IMG/VR virus record: IMGVR_UViG_3300034013_000676 | Span: 13,889-77,888 of that record | DNA length: 64,000 bases | Origin: a virus | Strand: one strand, 5' to 3' | In this document: positions 9,638 through 20,414 of the stretch, one piece after another | Layout: every line of letters begins with the position of its first letter | Position numbering within the stretch: the first letter of the stretch is position 1 | Program-made: the position numbers and the translations under genes | Notes under the pieces: generated by a model | What the model saw: the letters and a program-made list of their open reading frames with translations, nothing else | Databases searched by the model: none | Told to the model about the DNA's origin: nothing

Positions 9638-11319
9638 TGTCAGACTATTCAGAAGTATTACCGGATGGATTTGGTGCCCCTTATGTATGGTTAAAAACTG
9701 TAGAGGATAAAGATATGGTTACCACAGATCTATATGGTAATGAAATAAACCTAAACCAACTCATCACTTCATTCGAGTATAAATATGATGAGGAGAATGA
9801 TGATACATCTACCATTAAATTCCATATGCCTCATATAGAACAAATGAATCACTTTCTTTTTAGAGAGGACCAACAACTTAAAGTTCAATGGGGGTACTTA
9901 AGACCTGGCGGTAATCACTTAAAAGGTGCTACTCGTACAATAGCTGTAAGAGATATTGACAGTAATTATAAAAGTGATGGTATAGATATCGAGATAACTT
10001 GCACAGACCTTATTTCTTATTTAAAAAATGCTAGGTTAAACAGAACCTCTTCGAGTAACAATTTTGAAGATTGGTTAAGGGAAATAGTTAGTGGGGAATA
10101 TATACCAAGTGTTACGATACAAGGAAAAACCACTATATTAAAAACTGATGCTAAAGCCGAGTCATATAAAAATATAGCCGGTATAACAAATCTACATGCT
10201 GTATACGAAGAGGATAAAATATATTGGGGTAAATCAAAGGCTATTACAGCCGAGATAGAAGAACGTTTAGGACAATCAACTAAAGGCCCTTTATATATAG
10301 ATGGTAGGGATAATGTACTAGATATAAAGGATAGAAATTTTAACCAAGCTCCTTATAAGTACTACACATACATGGGAGGCTCTGGTGAACTAATTGAGTT
10401 CAGAGCTAAGAGCAATATCTTAACTTCCCGTGATGGAGAAGCCGAGGAAGCTATCCTTGATAAAGTTGACAAAAAAGTAAAGAAAACAAAATCAGCTACT
10501 GATGCGGGTTATGATACTGGGAAAGAACCCGAGAAAAAAGAACTTTGGGATAAAGACCAAGCCACTGTTGAAAGGGTAAACAATAATGCTATTGTAGCGG
10601 GTTTAAAGAAACAATTTGAAAAAGCCATTGAGAATCCCACAGACCAACCATTAGTAGATTCAATAGGTTTTAAAACCTCTATAAGGTATGGAGGCGGTAT
10701 GACCAGCCCAGTTAATAGGGATGGTAATACTTCGGTTTATATGCCTAAGTATACAGTTGAGTATATTGAGAAGTTACCAGCCAAACAAGTATTAAACTCC
10801 CCCCATATATTAAGAGCTAGAAGGCTGGCTATCCTTAATAATTACATCCTTAAGAAAGTTGAAAGAAAATATGAGGCTAATGTAAAAACCCTAGGTGACC
10901 CCTCTATTATATCAAGCAAGGTATATAATTTTAGAAATCTAAGTGATAGAGATAAAGGTGATTGGTACTGTGTATCAGTTACTCATTCAATAACACCTGG
11001 TTCTGGGTATACAAATATGATGGAGGTTATAAAGAAACCCTCAAGATTGGCCAACCTATTAGAAAGGAGAGAAGAGGCTATTGACCCAGAAGCTGGAGCA
11101 GAATATCAAATGGAAGTATCCTATGAAGAGAATACCAAAGTTATGGATATTTTTCCAGAAACAGGTAACAGTATATACCTAAATGCAGACGATATAACTA
11201 GGAGAGTAAATGAGCAAGTTGCATTTGCTGAAACCTATTATACTAACGATATACCAGTAACCAAGTATGAGACCGGAGAAAACATAAGTATGAACACAAT
11301 AAATTCAAAAGATGCCTAG
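9637..11319 (+). CDS. Baseplate hub protein (gpD/gp27-like)
   Basis: LKVQWGY, TLGDPSI, GDWYCVSVTHSITPGSGYTN motifs. Confidence 0.75.
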   Translation: MSDYSEVLPDGFGAPYVWLKTVEDKDMVTTDLYGNEINLNQLITSFEYKYDEENDDTSTIKFHMPHIEQMNHFLFREDQQLKVQWGYLRPGGNHLKGATRTIAVRDIDSNYKSDGIDIEITCTDLISYLKNARLNRTSSSNNFEDWLREIVSGEYIPSVTIQGKTTILKTDAKAESYKNIAGITNLHAVYEEDKIYWGKSKAITAEIEERLGQSTKGPLYIDGRDNVLDIKDRNFNQAPYKYYTYMGGSGELIEFRAKSNILTSRDGEAEEAILDKVDKKVKKTKSATDAGYDTGKEPEKKELWDKDQATVERVNNNAIVAGLKKQFEKAIENPTDQPLVDSIGFKTSIRYGGGMTSPVNRDGNTSVYMPKYTVEYIEKLPAKQVLNSPHILRARRLAILNNYILKKVERKYEANVKTLGDPSIISSKVYNFRNLSDRDKGDWYCVSVTHSITPGSGYTNMMEVIKKPSRLANLLERREEAIDPEAGAEYQMEVSYEENTKVMDIFPETGNSIYLNADDITRRVNEQVAFAETYYTNDIPVTKYETGENISMNTINSKDA

Positions 11320-12034
11320 TAATTCAGAATCAATATGGTACAAATTAGTATACTATGGGTTGGAGTTCCTTGGTAAATATTACTCTACTTACAGTGCTGT
11401 AGTAACAGACAACAATGACCCATTAAAAATGAACCGGGTAAAAGTAATATTCCCTCAACTGGTTCAATTACCACCAGGTGGTATATGGGCTTTACCTAAA
11501 GGTGTATGGGGTGGAAAGAATTACGGTATGCAATTATTACCTGAAAAGGGGGATGTTATCTATGTTGAATTTTCACATGGTGATTTAGAATACCCTATAT
11601 GGTCACATGGTTCTTATGGACAGGATGAAATACCTGGAGAATTTACAGGGCCAAATGTTTATGGGTTTAAAACTCCAAAAGGAAATATAGTTCTAATTGA
11701 TGATAATGATAACACAGGGGGTATACTAGTAAAAAGTAAAACTTCTAATGAATATGTTAAAATAACAACTGATACTTTAGAACTAGAAGCTAAATTAATT
11801 AAACTGGGTAAGGAGGGAAAGGAACAAGCTATTTTGGGAAATACCCTTAATGGTATACTAAAAGAACTCATAAATGAACTATCAAATTTATCACAAGCCA
11901 TAGAGACACACTCACATCCCAGTAATAATGCACCTACAACAACAGCCACTTCTTTTACATCGATTAAAACTAAGTTAGGAACTATAAAAGGAAAACTTGA
12001 TAACATCCTAAGTAACAAGGTAAAATTAGACTAA
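11312..12034 (+). CDS. Baseplate central spike (gpV/gp5 OB-fold)
   Basis: DNNDPLKMNRVKV, LPEKGDVIYVEFSHGDLEYPIW; HSH tip motif. Confidence 0.88.
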   Translation: MPSNSESIWYKLVYYGLEFLGKYYSTYSAVVTDNNDPLKMNRVKVIFPQLVQLPPGGIWALPKGVWGGKNYGMQLLPEKGDVIYVEFSHGDLEYPIWSHGSYGQDEIPGEFTGPNVYGFKTPKGNIVLIDDNDNTGGILVKSKTSNEYVKITTDTLELEAKLIKLGKEGKEQAILGNTLNGILKELINELSNLSQAIETHSHPSNNAPTTTATSFTSIKTKLGTIKGKLDNILSNKVKLD

Positions 12035-12036
12035 CC

Positions 12037-12438
12037 ATGAGCACAGACTTAAACAATAATAAATTTATAGGCAAAGGGGTAACCTTTCCTATAATCTTAA
12101 ATGATATGGGTAGACCTAACATAGAAACTGGTTTACCATTACTAGAATCATCTCTCAAGATGTTAATATTCTGGCCAAAGTTCACCAGGTTCTTTTTAGA
12201 GAAATTTGGCTCAAGGTTAGAAGATGTATTAGAAGAACCAAATGATGATTTAACTGTATCACTATTACAACTCTTTTTAAAAGAAGCTATACAGGACTAT
12301 GAGAAAAGAATTATAATATCTAACGTAAATATCGAAAGGGTTAGCAGTATCAAAGTTAATATCGCTATAAGGTTTTACATTAGAAGCACCAAAATTGAAG
12401 AAACATTAATTTTCCCTTACTATAAAGAACTGAACTAA
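12037..12438 (+). CDS. Baseplate wedge / sheath initiator (gp25-like)
   Basis: GKGVTFPI, RFFLEKFGSRLEDVLEEP, AIQDYEKRI. Confidence 0.88.
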   Translation: MSTDLNNNKFIGKGVTFPIILNDMGRPNIETGLPLLESSLKMLIFWPKFTRFFLEKFGSRLEDVLEEPNDDLTVSLLQLFLKEAIQDYEKRIIISNVNIERVSSIKVNIAIRFYIRSTKIEETLIFPYYKELN

Positions 12439-12439
12439 T

Positions 12440-14125
12440 ATGAAAGTATATAATAAATGGGTAGGATACCTAGACAGAAATTACCAGGAAATAAAAAGAA
12501 AGGTATTAGATAGATTAGGGGAAAGTGTACCCGAGATAACAGATCACTCAGAAAGTAATATACTTGTAATTATTGTAGGTATATTTTCGGGTGTAGCTGA
12601 GATGCTTAATTACTATATTGATAATATGGCAAGGGAAGCATTTATAACTACTGCAAGGAAATATTCATCAGTAGTTAAACTAACCAGGTTAATAGATTAT
12701 AGGATTAAAGCAATGATACCCGCATCTGTTGATATTGAAGTAAAATTCTTAAATAATGATAATACACCTTTTGTAACTACGACCGAAATTATATTAGCAC
12801 CTGGTTTACAATTTACAACCTCTAACGGTACCAGTTTTATAAGTACTCAAAATATAATCATACCGGTGGGTAGTACATCTATAAGTTTTCCAGTAAGTCA
12901 AAAAACAGTATCACTTAATAACTTAATAGGGTACACAACATCAGACCCCGAACAGGCTTTCTCATTGGGATTTGATTACGTTAATGGCAGTGCATCATTA
13001 AAAATTGATACTACACCCTGGAACTACCAAGAAACTTTGGGTAGGTCTAAACCAACTGATACAGATTTCATAGTTGATATTTCAGCAAGTAAAGAAGCCT
13101 ATGTCAGATTTGGTGATAATATAAACGGTATGATGCCAGTAGCCGGTCAACCTATTTATGTAGATTACTATAAGAGCCTTGGTAGCCTTGGTAATGTAAA
13201 TGAGGGAACTATTAATAGAGTACCATCAGAATTAAATACATTATATGGTATACCTAAATCAACTGTAAACAATTTATTAGGAGCATCTGCTGGAACCGAT
13301 TATGAGGATATAGAAAGAATTCGTAGGTCAGCTCCTTTATCCTTAAGAACTTTATTAAGAGCGGTAACCCGCCAGGATTATGAGGATATTGCATTGTTAG
13401 CACCTGGTGTAAATAAAGCTAAGGTAAAATATGAATGCGGTAAATTTGTATATTTATATATCTCCCCTAACGGGGGGGGAATTTCTAGTACAGGTTTACT
13501 AACAGATGTAGAAAACTATTTTGAAAACAAAAAAATGGTAACTACCTTTGTCAAAGCTTTACCAGTAGGGGAATCTAATATAGTTATAGACATGGATGTA
13601 ACTACTAAATTCAGAAGAGACCCAATCCAAACCAAAACAGATGTAGAAAATGCTTTACTAGATATGTGGTCCTATGATAACTCTGATATAAATAAACCTA
13701 TAAGAGAATCGGATATTATAGCCTTAGTGGATAACCTTGAAAAGGTAGACTACCTTAAACTCAATTACCTATCTGTATTACCCTATATGAGACCTTCTGG
13801 GGATATCAACAATAATCTGGACCACACATTAACTGTTAACCTAGGTAGTACATCAATTAATAACTGGACATTGAAATACGATGGAGGTTATATGAAAATA
13901 TTCAGGAATAACCAGGAATTAGCTAACCTAGTGCTGGGTCAAACTTATACAGACCCACATAATATCATAACATTAAACCTAGGTTTAACCACTTACCCAA
14001 TAGGTTCAGAATGGACATTTAGAACTTTCCCAGTTAACAATGATGTAGTACTGGATGATTATTCTATACCGGTATTAAAAGGTATTAACTTAAACGTAGT
14101 AGTAACAGAACAACTCTCAATCTAA
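12440..14125 (+). CDS. Baseplate wedge protein (gp6/gpJ-like)
   Basis: YYIDNMAREAFITTA, VRFGDNING, EDIERIRRSAP...RAVTRQDYE. Confidence 0.9.
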   Translation: MKVYNKWVGYLDRNYQEIKRKVLDRLGESVPEITDHSESNILVIIVGIFSGVAEMLNYYIDNMAREAFITTARKYSSVVKLTRLIDYRIKAMIPASVDIEVKFLNNDNTPFVTTTEIILAPGLQFTTSNGTSFISTQNIIIPVGSTSISFPVSQKTVSLNNLIGYTTSDPEQAFSLGFDYVNGSASLKIDTTPWNYQETLGRSKPTDTDFIVDISASKEAYVRFGDNINGMMPVAGQPIYVDYYKSLGSLGNVNEGTINRVPSELNTLYGIPKSTVNNLLGASAGTDYEDIERIRRSAPLSLRTLLRAVTRQDYEDIALLAPGVNKAKVKYECGKFVYLYISPNGGGISSTGLLTDVENYFENKKMVTTFVKALPVGESNIVIDMDVTTKFRRDPIQTKTDVENALLDMWSYDNSDINKPIRESDIIALVDNLEKVDYLKLNYLSVLPYMRPSGDINNNLDHTLTVNLGSTSINNWTLKYDGGYMKIFRNNQELANLVLGQTYTDPHNIITLNLGLTTYPIGSEWTFRTFPVNNDVVLDDYSIPVLKGINLNVVVTEQLSI

Positions 14126-14892
14126 TGGCTTTTAACTTTAAGAATTTCATAATAGGTAACCTCCCTTACTACATTATAGCTAATGATAGTTATAAAGATA
14201 GTGAGGGTAAGGGTTTACTAGAAAGGTACCTAGGTGTATTCTCTGATTATATAGATGAGGATATATATCCCCAAATAAAGGATTACTTAAATGTAATAGA
14301 TGCAAGTATATGTGATGAGAAATTCTTAAACCATTTATCAGATGTATTAGGTAACCCCCCAGATATATTTAAGAATGAACAACAATATAGGAATTTACTA
14401 TCTTACATTGTTTCTGTTTATAAGATAAAAGGAACCAGGGATGCCTATGAACTATTCTTTAGTATTATAGGTTTTAAAATAGAAATCGAGGAAATACAAC
14501 CAGACCTAGAAACCTTTATATATGATGGTGAAGGACTATATGATAACCCTATAGAATATGATAATGGCCGATGTCAAGCATGCTCAACTTATAATATACA
14601 ATTCTTTCCCCTACTAGGGGATGGTTCTGCTTTAAACCTAAACGATATTATATTATTACAAGCAGCTATAGACTTCAACGAACCTATAAATGCTAACCTT
14701 AATACATTCACCTACATTTTAGAAGTGGAAGATAATATGTATATCACTATAACAGATACAGATGAGTTAATAGGTACTATCCCCGAATTATATGATACTG
14801 GCGAAATCTATGATGAAGATAGCACACCTATAAATTCAAGCTCACCCCTAAAAGCAAGTTCAAGTAATCCTTCAAGTATAACCGAGATTTAA
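14125..14892 (+). CDS. Baseplate wedge protein (P2 gpI/gp7-like)
   Basis: CDEKFLNHLSDVLG...YKIKGTRDAYELFF. Confidence 0.78.
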   Translation: MAFNFKNFIIGNLPYYIIANDSYKDSEGKGLLERYLGVFSDYIDEDIYPQIKDYLNVIDASICDEKFLNHLSDVLGNPPDIFKNEQQYRNLLSYIVSVYKIKGTRDAYELFFSIIGFKIEIEEIQPDLETFIYDGEGLYDNPIEYDNGRCQACSTYNIQFFPLLGDGSALNLNDIILLQAAIDFNEPINANLNTFTYILEVEDNMYITITDTDELIGTIPELYDTGEIYDEDSTPINSSSPLKASSSNPSSITEI

Positions 14893-14904
14893 AATAATAA
14901 AAAT

Positions 14905-16098
14905 ATGGCATTACAAGTAATTAATAATGGTAGTTATGAAGATGACCCATTAGCTGAAAGCATCAGGAGTGCTTTTCAAAAAAGTAAAGAAAATTTTGAA
15001 GAGTTATATACTGAGACAATCAAAATAACAACAGCGGTTAGTATTAGTACATCATTACTGGTTGGGGGTAAATCACAAAGTGGTAAAAATGTATTAATAG
15101 AAAATGGCACTAACGGTATACAAATTGAAATAGTTGGTCCAACAAATGCCAACTACGTAAAACTGGGAACTGGTAATGTCCAATTTATACCCGGTGTTGG
15201 TAGGACCCTAGTAACTGTGGATGGTACAGATTCTATAATGGGTGCGGTAGGTAAAAGAGCTTTACTTATATCTCACGGTAACATAGATATGTTATATATA
15301 CTTGGGACCGTTGATAATATAGCTACTGCTAACTTAATCTTTACAACAAACCGCTCTCATAACTTAGCCACACATAAACTAACTTTTACAAATGGGAGAT
15401 TTGAAGTACCTTCAGTGGAATTACCAACAACATCCGCCACCTCTATACCTAACAAAGTTTGGACAGATGGTTTATTTCTTTACCTAACTAATAACCTAGG
15501 TATTAATAAACCATTAGCATTTAACGAATTCACCACCCAAGTTATTTCTACTGGCGGGAATTATAACAACCTAGAGATTACAGCGGATTTAGTTGTTTTT
15601 ACAAATACAAATGCTCAGGCTATTATCAATGGAGTATGGGGAAAGTCAGATTTTCATATTTTAAATTTAGGCTCTTTTGAAGTTAGAATTAATCATAACA
15701 GTAGTAGCGTATTAGGTTCAGGACAACCTATTATGTTACCAACAGCTTCTGGAGATATGGGTATTAAAGGTACGGCGAGGATTCTTAAAGCACCTACCTA
15801 TGGTTATTTTGTTTCTGATACTTGGGGTTCTAGGTATAGACCTGAATTTTCAGGACTAACTGAAACCGAAGTATGTACCGTGAATCCTCAAAGCAGGGCA
15901 GAAACTATGAAGATGAAAGAACTTTATGTATATAGAGATGCTCAAGCTACACCCATGACTAAAGCTCAATTAAACACAGCATACCCCACTGCAGAGAGAC
16001 CTTTATTAGTCATTTGCCCATTAATAAACACTAAATACGAACTTGTGGATAACAATACAAAAGATTGGTATGCTGCAACAATAACATTAGTACCATGA
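14905..16098 (+). CDS. Tail fibre / fibre-connector protein
   Basis: N-terminal VINNGSYEDDPLAESIRSAFQKSKENFEELY resembles the T4 gp9/gp10 N-terminal motif; beta-rich body. Confidence 0.65.
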   Translation: MALQVINNGSYEDDPLAESIRSAFQKSKENFEELYTETIKITTAVSISTSLLVGGKSQSGKNVLIENGTNGIQIEIVGPTNANYVKLGTGNVQFIPGVGRTLVTVDGTDSIMGAVGKRALLISHGNIDMLYILGTVDNIATANLIFTTNRSHNLATHKLTFTNGRFEVPSVELPTTSATSIPNKVWTDGLFLYLTNNLGINKPLAFNEFTTQVISTGGNYNNLEITADLVVFTNTNAQAIINGVWGKSDFHILNLGSFEVRINHNSSSVLGSGQPIMLPTASGDMGIKGTARILKAPTYGYFVSDTWGSRYRPEFSGLTETEVCTVNPQSRAETMKMKELYVYRDAQATPMTKAQLNTAYPTAERPLLVICPLINTKYELVDNNTKDWYAATITLVP

Positions 16099-17363
16099 TA
16101 CAATTAGGACAAGGGAAGGTTTTAACCATTGGAAATAAAGTCTTATTTAAAGCTGTGAATTCGCTATCATACAGAGTCAGAGGGAATAGATTCCCCTTTA
16201 GTTTTTATGCTGGATCATCAACTACACTTAATTCAATAGAGGCTTTTGTCTTTTACTCCAACAAGCCAAATTCTGTAACTGTGAGTTATGGGGATGGTGT
16301 AGTAGAAACTTACGATTTTGTTCAAGAAGTAACTGGTATATGGAAATTTGGATGGAGGGGAATTGCAAATTATTACGGTTCCCCCCAATCTTATGATCCA
16401 ACTATACACTATTTCACAGATGGGGTTACCGCTGAAAGGACAATATCATTTGATTTTGTGGATTTAAAAGCTATATATTTTAACCCTATACAAGCAATTA
16501 GAGTAAGAAAAACCCCGATAGAATATTTATTCACCAGCATAACATCAATAGCAATATCGCTTACTGTAGAATTTACAGATATTCCTATTATCTCTACCAA
16601 TGTTACAACTGTAGATTTTGGAGAGCAGGCTGTAGAGACAAGATTGTTAAAAATCCCAGATCAATGGTTTGAAGCTAAAAATATGCAGATCTTTAGAGTT
16701 AGAGATAATTATGATTTTACAGATAACATAAGTTCTAACCTATTCAAAATAAATCAGTGGAAAAACCTTACTGATTTAAGATTTTTAGGTTGTAGAATTA
16801 CGCAATTACCCCTTGAGTCTATAAATGAGTTGACGAATTTAATTATTCTAAATTTAGAAGGAAATAGGTTTACTGCAATTCCCCCAATAGGTAGCCTACC
16901 TAACCTAACTCAATTACCCATGTTTGGAAATTCTTTAATTTCCAGCCCTGTAATACCTATATGGAATTTCCCTAAACTGGCGAGCATACAATGGAATTTT
17001 ACATCTTCTACTGTAAGATTAAATTATTCAACTATACCAACAAGTTGGGCGGGATTATTCAGTTTAACAAGTGTTGATGCTTTCTGGAGAGACAACGCTC
17101 ATTTTAATGAATTTATAGATGCTTTTTATATACTAGTCACTAATGGTGCTAGTATTACAGCTGGAGGAGCACCCACCCCCTATCCTAATAGGTTTAGGAA
17201 TATTTTTTGGGGTAAATCCACTCTAAGTTTTACGGGTGCTAAAGTTGCTCCAACTGGATATGTTCAGGGTGTTTCAAATGGTACACCAACAACTCAAGGT
17301 CAAAAAGCCTATGTTCTACAAACCCAATACAATCATACAATAACTCACGGAACCCCAATTTAA
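16095..17363 (+). CDS. Leucine-rich-repeat protein, putative receptor-binding/tail-associated
   Basis: LxxLxLxxNxI-type repeats (LTDLRFLGCRIT, LIILNLEGNRFT, LTQLPMFGNSL); ATGA overlap with the upstream gene gives start 16095. Confidence 0.7.
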   Translation: MIQLGQGKVLTIGNKVLFKAVNSLSYRVRGNRFPFSFYAGSSTTLNSIEAFVFYSNKPNSVTVSYGDGVVETYDFVQEVTGIWKFGWRGIANYYGSPQSYDPTIHYFTDGVTAERTISFDFVDLKAIYFNPIQAIRVRKTPIEYLFTSITSIAISLTVEFTDIPIISTNVTTVDFGEQAVETRLLKIPDQWFEAKNMQIFRVRDNYDFTDNISSNLFKINQWKNLTDLRFLGCRITQLPLESINELTNLIILNLEGNRFTAIPPIGSLPNLTQLPMFGNSLISSPVIPIWNFPKLASIQWNFTSSTVRLNYSTIPTSWAGLFSLTSVDAFWRDNAHFNEFIDAFYILVTNGASITAGGAPTPYPNRFRNIFWGKSTLSFTGAKVAPTGYVQGVSNGTPTTQGQKAYVLQTQYNHTITHGTPI

Positions 17364-17374
17364 TTAATAATAAG

Positions 17375-18004
17375 ATGATAAAAACAAGATTCAAACAAAC
17401 GGAGGCTTTAACCCAAGTGGAAGGGTTTAAATCAATGATAGAAAGCCAAGAAGTAATACTTGCCGAGCTAGAATTACCTGAGATAATCGATATGCCAACC
17501 TATAACCAGGTTCTTAGAATAAAGGATGTTAACGTTGCTACTTCTGTAGAATATGTTAAGTTATCCCCCAAAAGGGTATTAGTCCATAAGGTGACTGGTA
17601 AAGAATTAAAACTGGATTTATTTGTACCAGATTGGACAATAACTAAGGACAATGTTAGTTCTTACATTAATGAGTTAGGTGAAAGGGTAATGTTTGAGAG
17701 AGAATATTATAATGATGAAACAGAAGAAGTTGTAACTACTGAAGTTGTAATGGTACCTAGGGTGGATGAAAACGGTGAACAACTTAGGGATGATAATGGT
17801 GACCTAATAGTAGATGAAGTTACCCAGGACCTACCCGAACTAGAGCCCGAGGCATACCTATTACCAACGATCCCCTACCTAATGTTTATCACTAAGCAAA
17901 TTGTATTACCTGATTTAATACAATTATTCTCAGCACAGTTTATCCAAGATAATTTTGATATCTGGAGCAACCTTGAAGGTAGTACTCATATAGCAAAACC
18001 ATAA
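17375..18004 (+). CDS. Hypothetical protein, possible tail-fibre chaperone
   Basis: Acidic, with a DENGE/DDNGD repeat; follows the fibre genes. Confidence 0.4.
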   Translation: MIKTRFKQTEALTQVEGFKSMIESQEVILAELELPEIIDMPTYNQVLRIKDVNVATSVEYVKLSPKRVLVHKVTGKELKLDLFVPDWTITKDNVSSYINELGERVMFEREYYNDETEEVVTTEVVMVPRVDENGEQLRDDNGDLIVDEVTQDLPELEPEAYLLPTIPYLMFITKQIVLPDLIQLFSAQFIQDNFDIWSNLEGSTHIAKP

Positions 18005-18007
18005 AAA

Positions 18008-18412
18008 ATGGGTTATATATTAGCTTACATTGCTATAGGACTATTTACATTAGTTTATATAATAGATGGGTTTATAATATTGCTATGTAATGTAAAAGGT
18101 AGAAAATGGTACAAAATTACTTCTCAAAGAAGTAGAACCAAAGCTTTTAAAACTGACGTTATAGCTAACTGGTTGTTTCCCGATACTTGGACATTCTTAT
18201 TTAGTTGGAAAGGTGGATATAAATTTGGTAAATTTGGAGAAAGTTTATCAAGCTGTTTAGGTAAAAAAAAAATAGACAAAACATTAAGCTGGATCGGTTT
18301 GTTTTTCTATTGTGTTTTATACTGTTGTGATTGGACCGCTTGGGGAAAAGGTGGTCATTGCTTCGTATCAATAATGAGCGAAGAAGAGATAAAAGATTTT
18401 ATAAATAAATAA
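18008..18412 (+). CDS. Membrane protein in the lysis cassette
   Basis: N-terminal TM helix; FG...ESLSSCLGK...HC motif. Confidence 0.55.
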   Translation: MGYILAYIAIGLFTLVYIIDGFIILLCNVKGRKWYKITSQRSRTKAFKTDVIANWLFPDTWTFLFSWKGGYKFGKFGESLSSCLGKKKIDKTLSWIGLFFYCVLYCCDWTAWGKGGHCFVSIMSEEEIKDFINK

Positions 18413-18423
18413 CATTAAACACT

Positions 18424-18807
18424 ATGAAAACATTCATTGAGAACAATTGGCACAGACATGCCTTATTAATTTTATTAACCACTTTATTCATGTGGGGATT
18501 CAGTCAATCGGAAGATGATTGGTGGTATACAACATTTTGGGGTTACCTATTTAGCGCTGTAATATCAACAATGGTTGGTTCTGCAATTGCTGCAGTTATT
18601 GAATGGGGGCAAAGCGTTTTTATGGGAGCACATAAAGGGAAAGAAGGGGTTAAAGCAAGTAATATGGATTGGGTAGCCAGCACTATACTTGCGGCAATAG
18701 GAACTATACTCTTTTTCATATTCAATGAAATAACCCTGATAATAATCACTTTGGTATTTGTAGGTGCATGTGAAATATACAAACAATCAAATAAGAAAGA
18801 TGAGTAA
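18424..18807 (+). CDS. Multi-TM membrane protein, holin/antiholin candidate
   Basis: 3-4 hydrophobic helices, overlapping the endolysin start. Confidence 0.5.
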   Translation: MKTFIENNWHRHALLILLTTLFMWGFSQSEDDWWYTTFWGYLFSAVISTMVGSAIAAVIEWGQSVFMGAHKGKEGVKASNMDWVASTILAAIGTILFFIFNEITLIIITLVFVGACEIYKQSNKKDE

Positions 18808-19354
18808 ATTAACCAAAGCAGATAAACGGGTCCTATCATCGGAATTTAACCTACCGGTTAAATCAATTGAAACTATCGTAGCAATTGAAAGTGGTGGTAG
18901 AGGATTTGATACCGATGGTAAAATCATTATTCAATTCGAACCAAGTTGGTTTAAAAGAAAATGGTTACAATGGACTAAATCAATTGGGCCTTGGGCTTCT
19001 AACGGAGTAGAGAACCAAACTAGGGAATGGTTAGCATTTAACGATGCATTCAAAAGAAACCCCACAGCAGCTATGGAAAGTACATCAATCGGACTAATGC
19101 AAGTAATGGGTTTCCATTATAAGTTATTGGGATTTGCAACGGTTGGTGCTATGTGGGATTATGCTGAACAAGGAGAATACCAACAACTAAGGTTGGGGTT
19201 ACTTTTCATAAAGAATAATCGTAAAATGTATGGGGCAGCAAAGGATTTCTCTAAAATGAGTAATTGCGAAACATTTGCATATTACTACAACGGTTCAGCT
19301 TACAAAAAATACAACTACCATAACAAGTTGTATAATTATAATCGTTCACTATAG
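18800..19354 (+). CDS. Endolysin, N-acetylmuramidase (DUF3380 type)
   Basis: IESGGRGF, IQFEPSWF, STSIGLMQVMGFHY, YYNG..Y...Y..KL. Confidence 0.9.
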   Translation: MSKLTKADKRVLSSEFNLPVKSIETIVAIESGGRGFDTDGKIIIQFEPSWFKRKWLQWTKSIGPWASNGVENQTREWLAFNDAFKRNPTAAMESTSIGLMQVMGFHYKLLGFATVGAMWDYAEQGEYQQLRLGLLFIKNNRKMYGAAKDFSKMSNCETFAYYYNGSAYKKYNYHNKLYNYNRSL

Positions 19355-19373
19355 AAAGGAGGTGGTATTAACT

Positions 19374-19408
19374 AAAAAGGGCAACTTTAAAAGGTTTGCC
19401 CTTTTTTT
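19374..19408 (+). terminator. Intrinsic terminator
   Basis: AAAAAGGGCAA...TTGCCCTTTTTTT. Confidence 0.8.
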
Positions 19409-19421
19409 AATTTAATAAAAA

Positions 19422-19805
19422 ATGAAATACGATAATATAACCGGGGGAACTGAGACAATAGAAATTATTAACCAAGTTTCAACTGATAAAACTGGGAATA
19501 ACATAGTAATGAAGTTATTACTTAATTCTTTACCAGGCCCAGTACAATATAAATTAGATACATCATATATAAAGATTACAATAAAGGAATCAGACGGTTC
19601 TTTAATATATGAGGTAACTAAATTTATAAACCTAATTTCACCCGATATCTTCAATATAATATTCACTAAAGAATTTCCAACAGATACAGAGGACCTACTA
19701 GTATCTGTTGGGGGTAGGATTTTCCTAACCAACAATACCTTTTATGACTTTAATAAAGATAACCTAGGTGAACTAGAAAACATAAACTTTAATTTCTTGA
19801 TATGA
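19422..19805 (+). CDS. Hypothetical protein
   Basis: Clean ORF coupled to the next gene. Confidence 0.55.
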   Translation: MKYDNITGGTETIEIINQVSTDKTGNNIVMKLLLNSLPGPVQYKLDTSYIKITIKESDGSLIYEVTKFINLISPDIFNIIFTKEFPTDTEDLLVSVGGRIFLTNNTFYDFNKDNLGELENINFNFLI

Positions 19806-20404
19806 AACCCCCGATTGAAACCTTCCTAAGCCTAAAGAAAACAGTAAGCAATATATTCTATGACTTAGTTTACAACCTACTCGTCTTAGCAGATGAGCAA
19901 AGTAATTATTTGGATAGAGTTATCGCTTTCTTCAAAATACTCTTTGCATCTAGTCCAGCTATATTCCTATTTAATATAATAGGAGGCTGGTTTAATAGTA
20001 ATAAGGAGTTCTCTACCTACGTTATATTATGTATATTAATAAATATGGCAGTAGGTGGTTGGAGACATCATATAGGTAAGAAAGGTTTTTCATGGTGGGA
20101 ATTATTAAAGAAGACGGGTTTAATGTTCTTAGTATTATTAGCTGTTTACACAGTTTTGGAGATGATACTAAAAATTGCTAAAGAGAACATAGTAACTGAG
20201 ACATTTAGAGTAGCTCTACAGGTATCCACACTTATGTATCCGGGCTCTAAACTATTTAAATCAGTTTTCATATTGACCAAAGGGGAATACCCTCCAGAAT
20301 GGATAATGGCTAGGTTCTATAAGTTCAATAAGGATGGTGATTTATTAGACTTATTTAATAAGAAAGCAGAAGATAAACTAGATAAGCAAGAAGAAAATAT
20401 TTAA
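19802..20404 (+). CDS. Putative holin
   Basis: Three TM segments; C-terminal PPEWIMARFYKF; near the endolysin. Confidence 0.6.
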   Translation: MKPPIETFLSLKKTVSNIFYDLVYNLLVLADEQSNYLDRVIAFFKILFASSPAIFLFNIIGGWFNSNKEFSTYVILCILINMAVGGWRHHIGKKGFSWWELLKKTGLMFLVLLAVYTVLEMILKIAKENIVTETFRVALQVSTLMYPGSKLFKSVFILTKGEYPPEWIMARFYKFNKDGDLLDLFNKKAEDKLDKQEENI

Positions 20405-20414
20405 ACTAAATTAA

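Noticed and set aside
3264-14892. Stand-alone eCIS/tailocin/T6SS
   Set aside because: Neck genes, a TMP, lysis genes and a full replication module indicate a complete phage.
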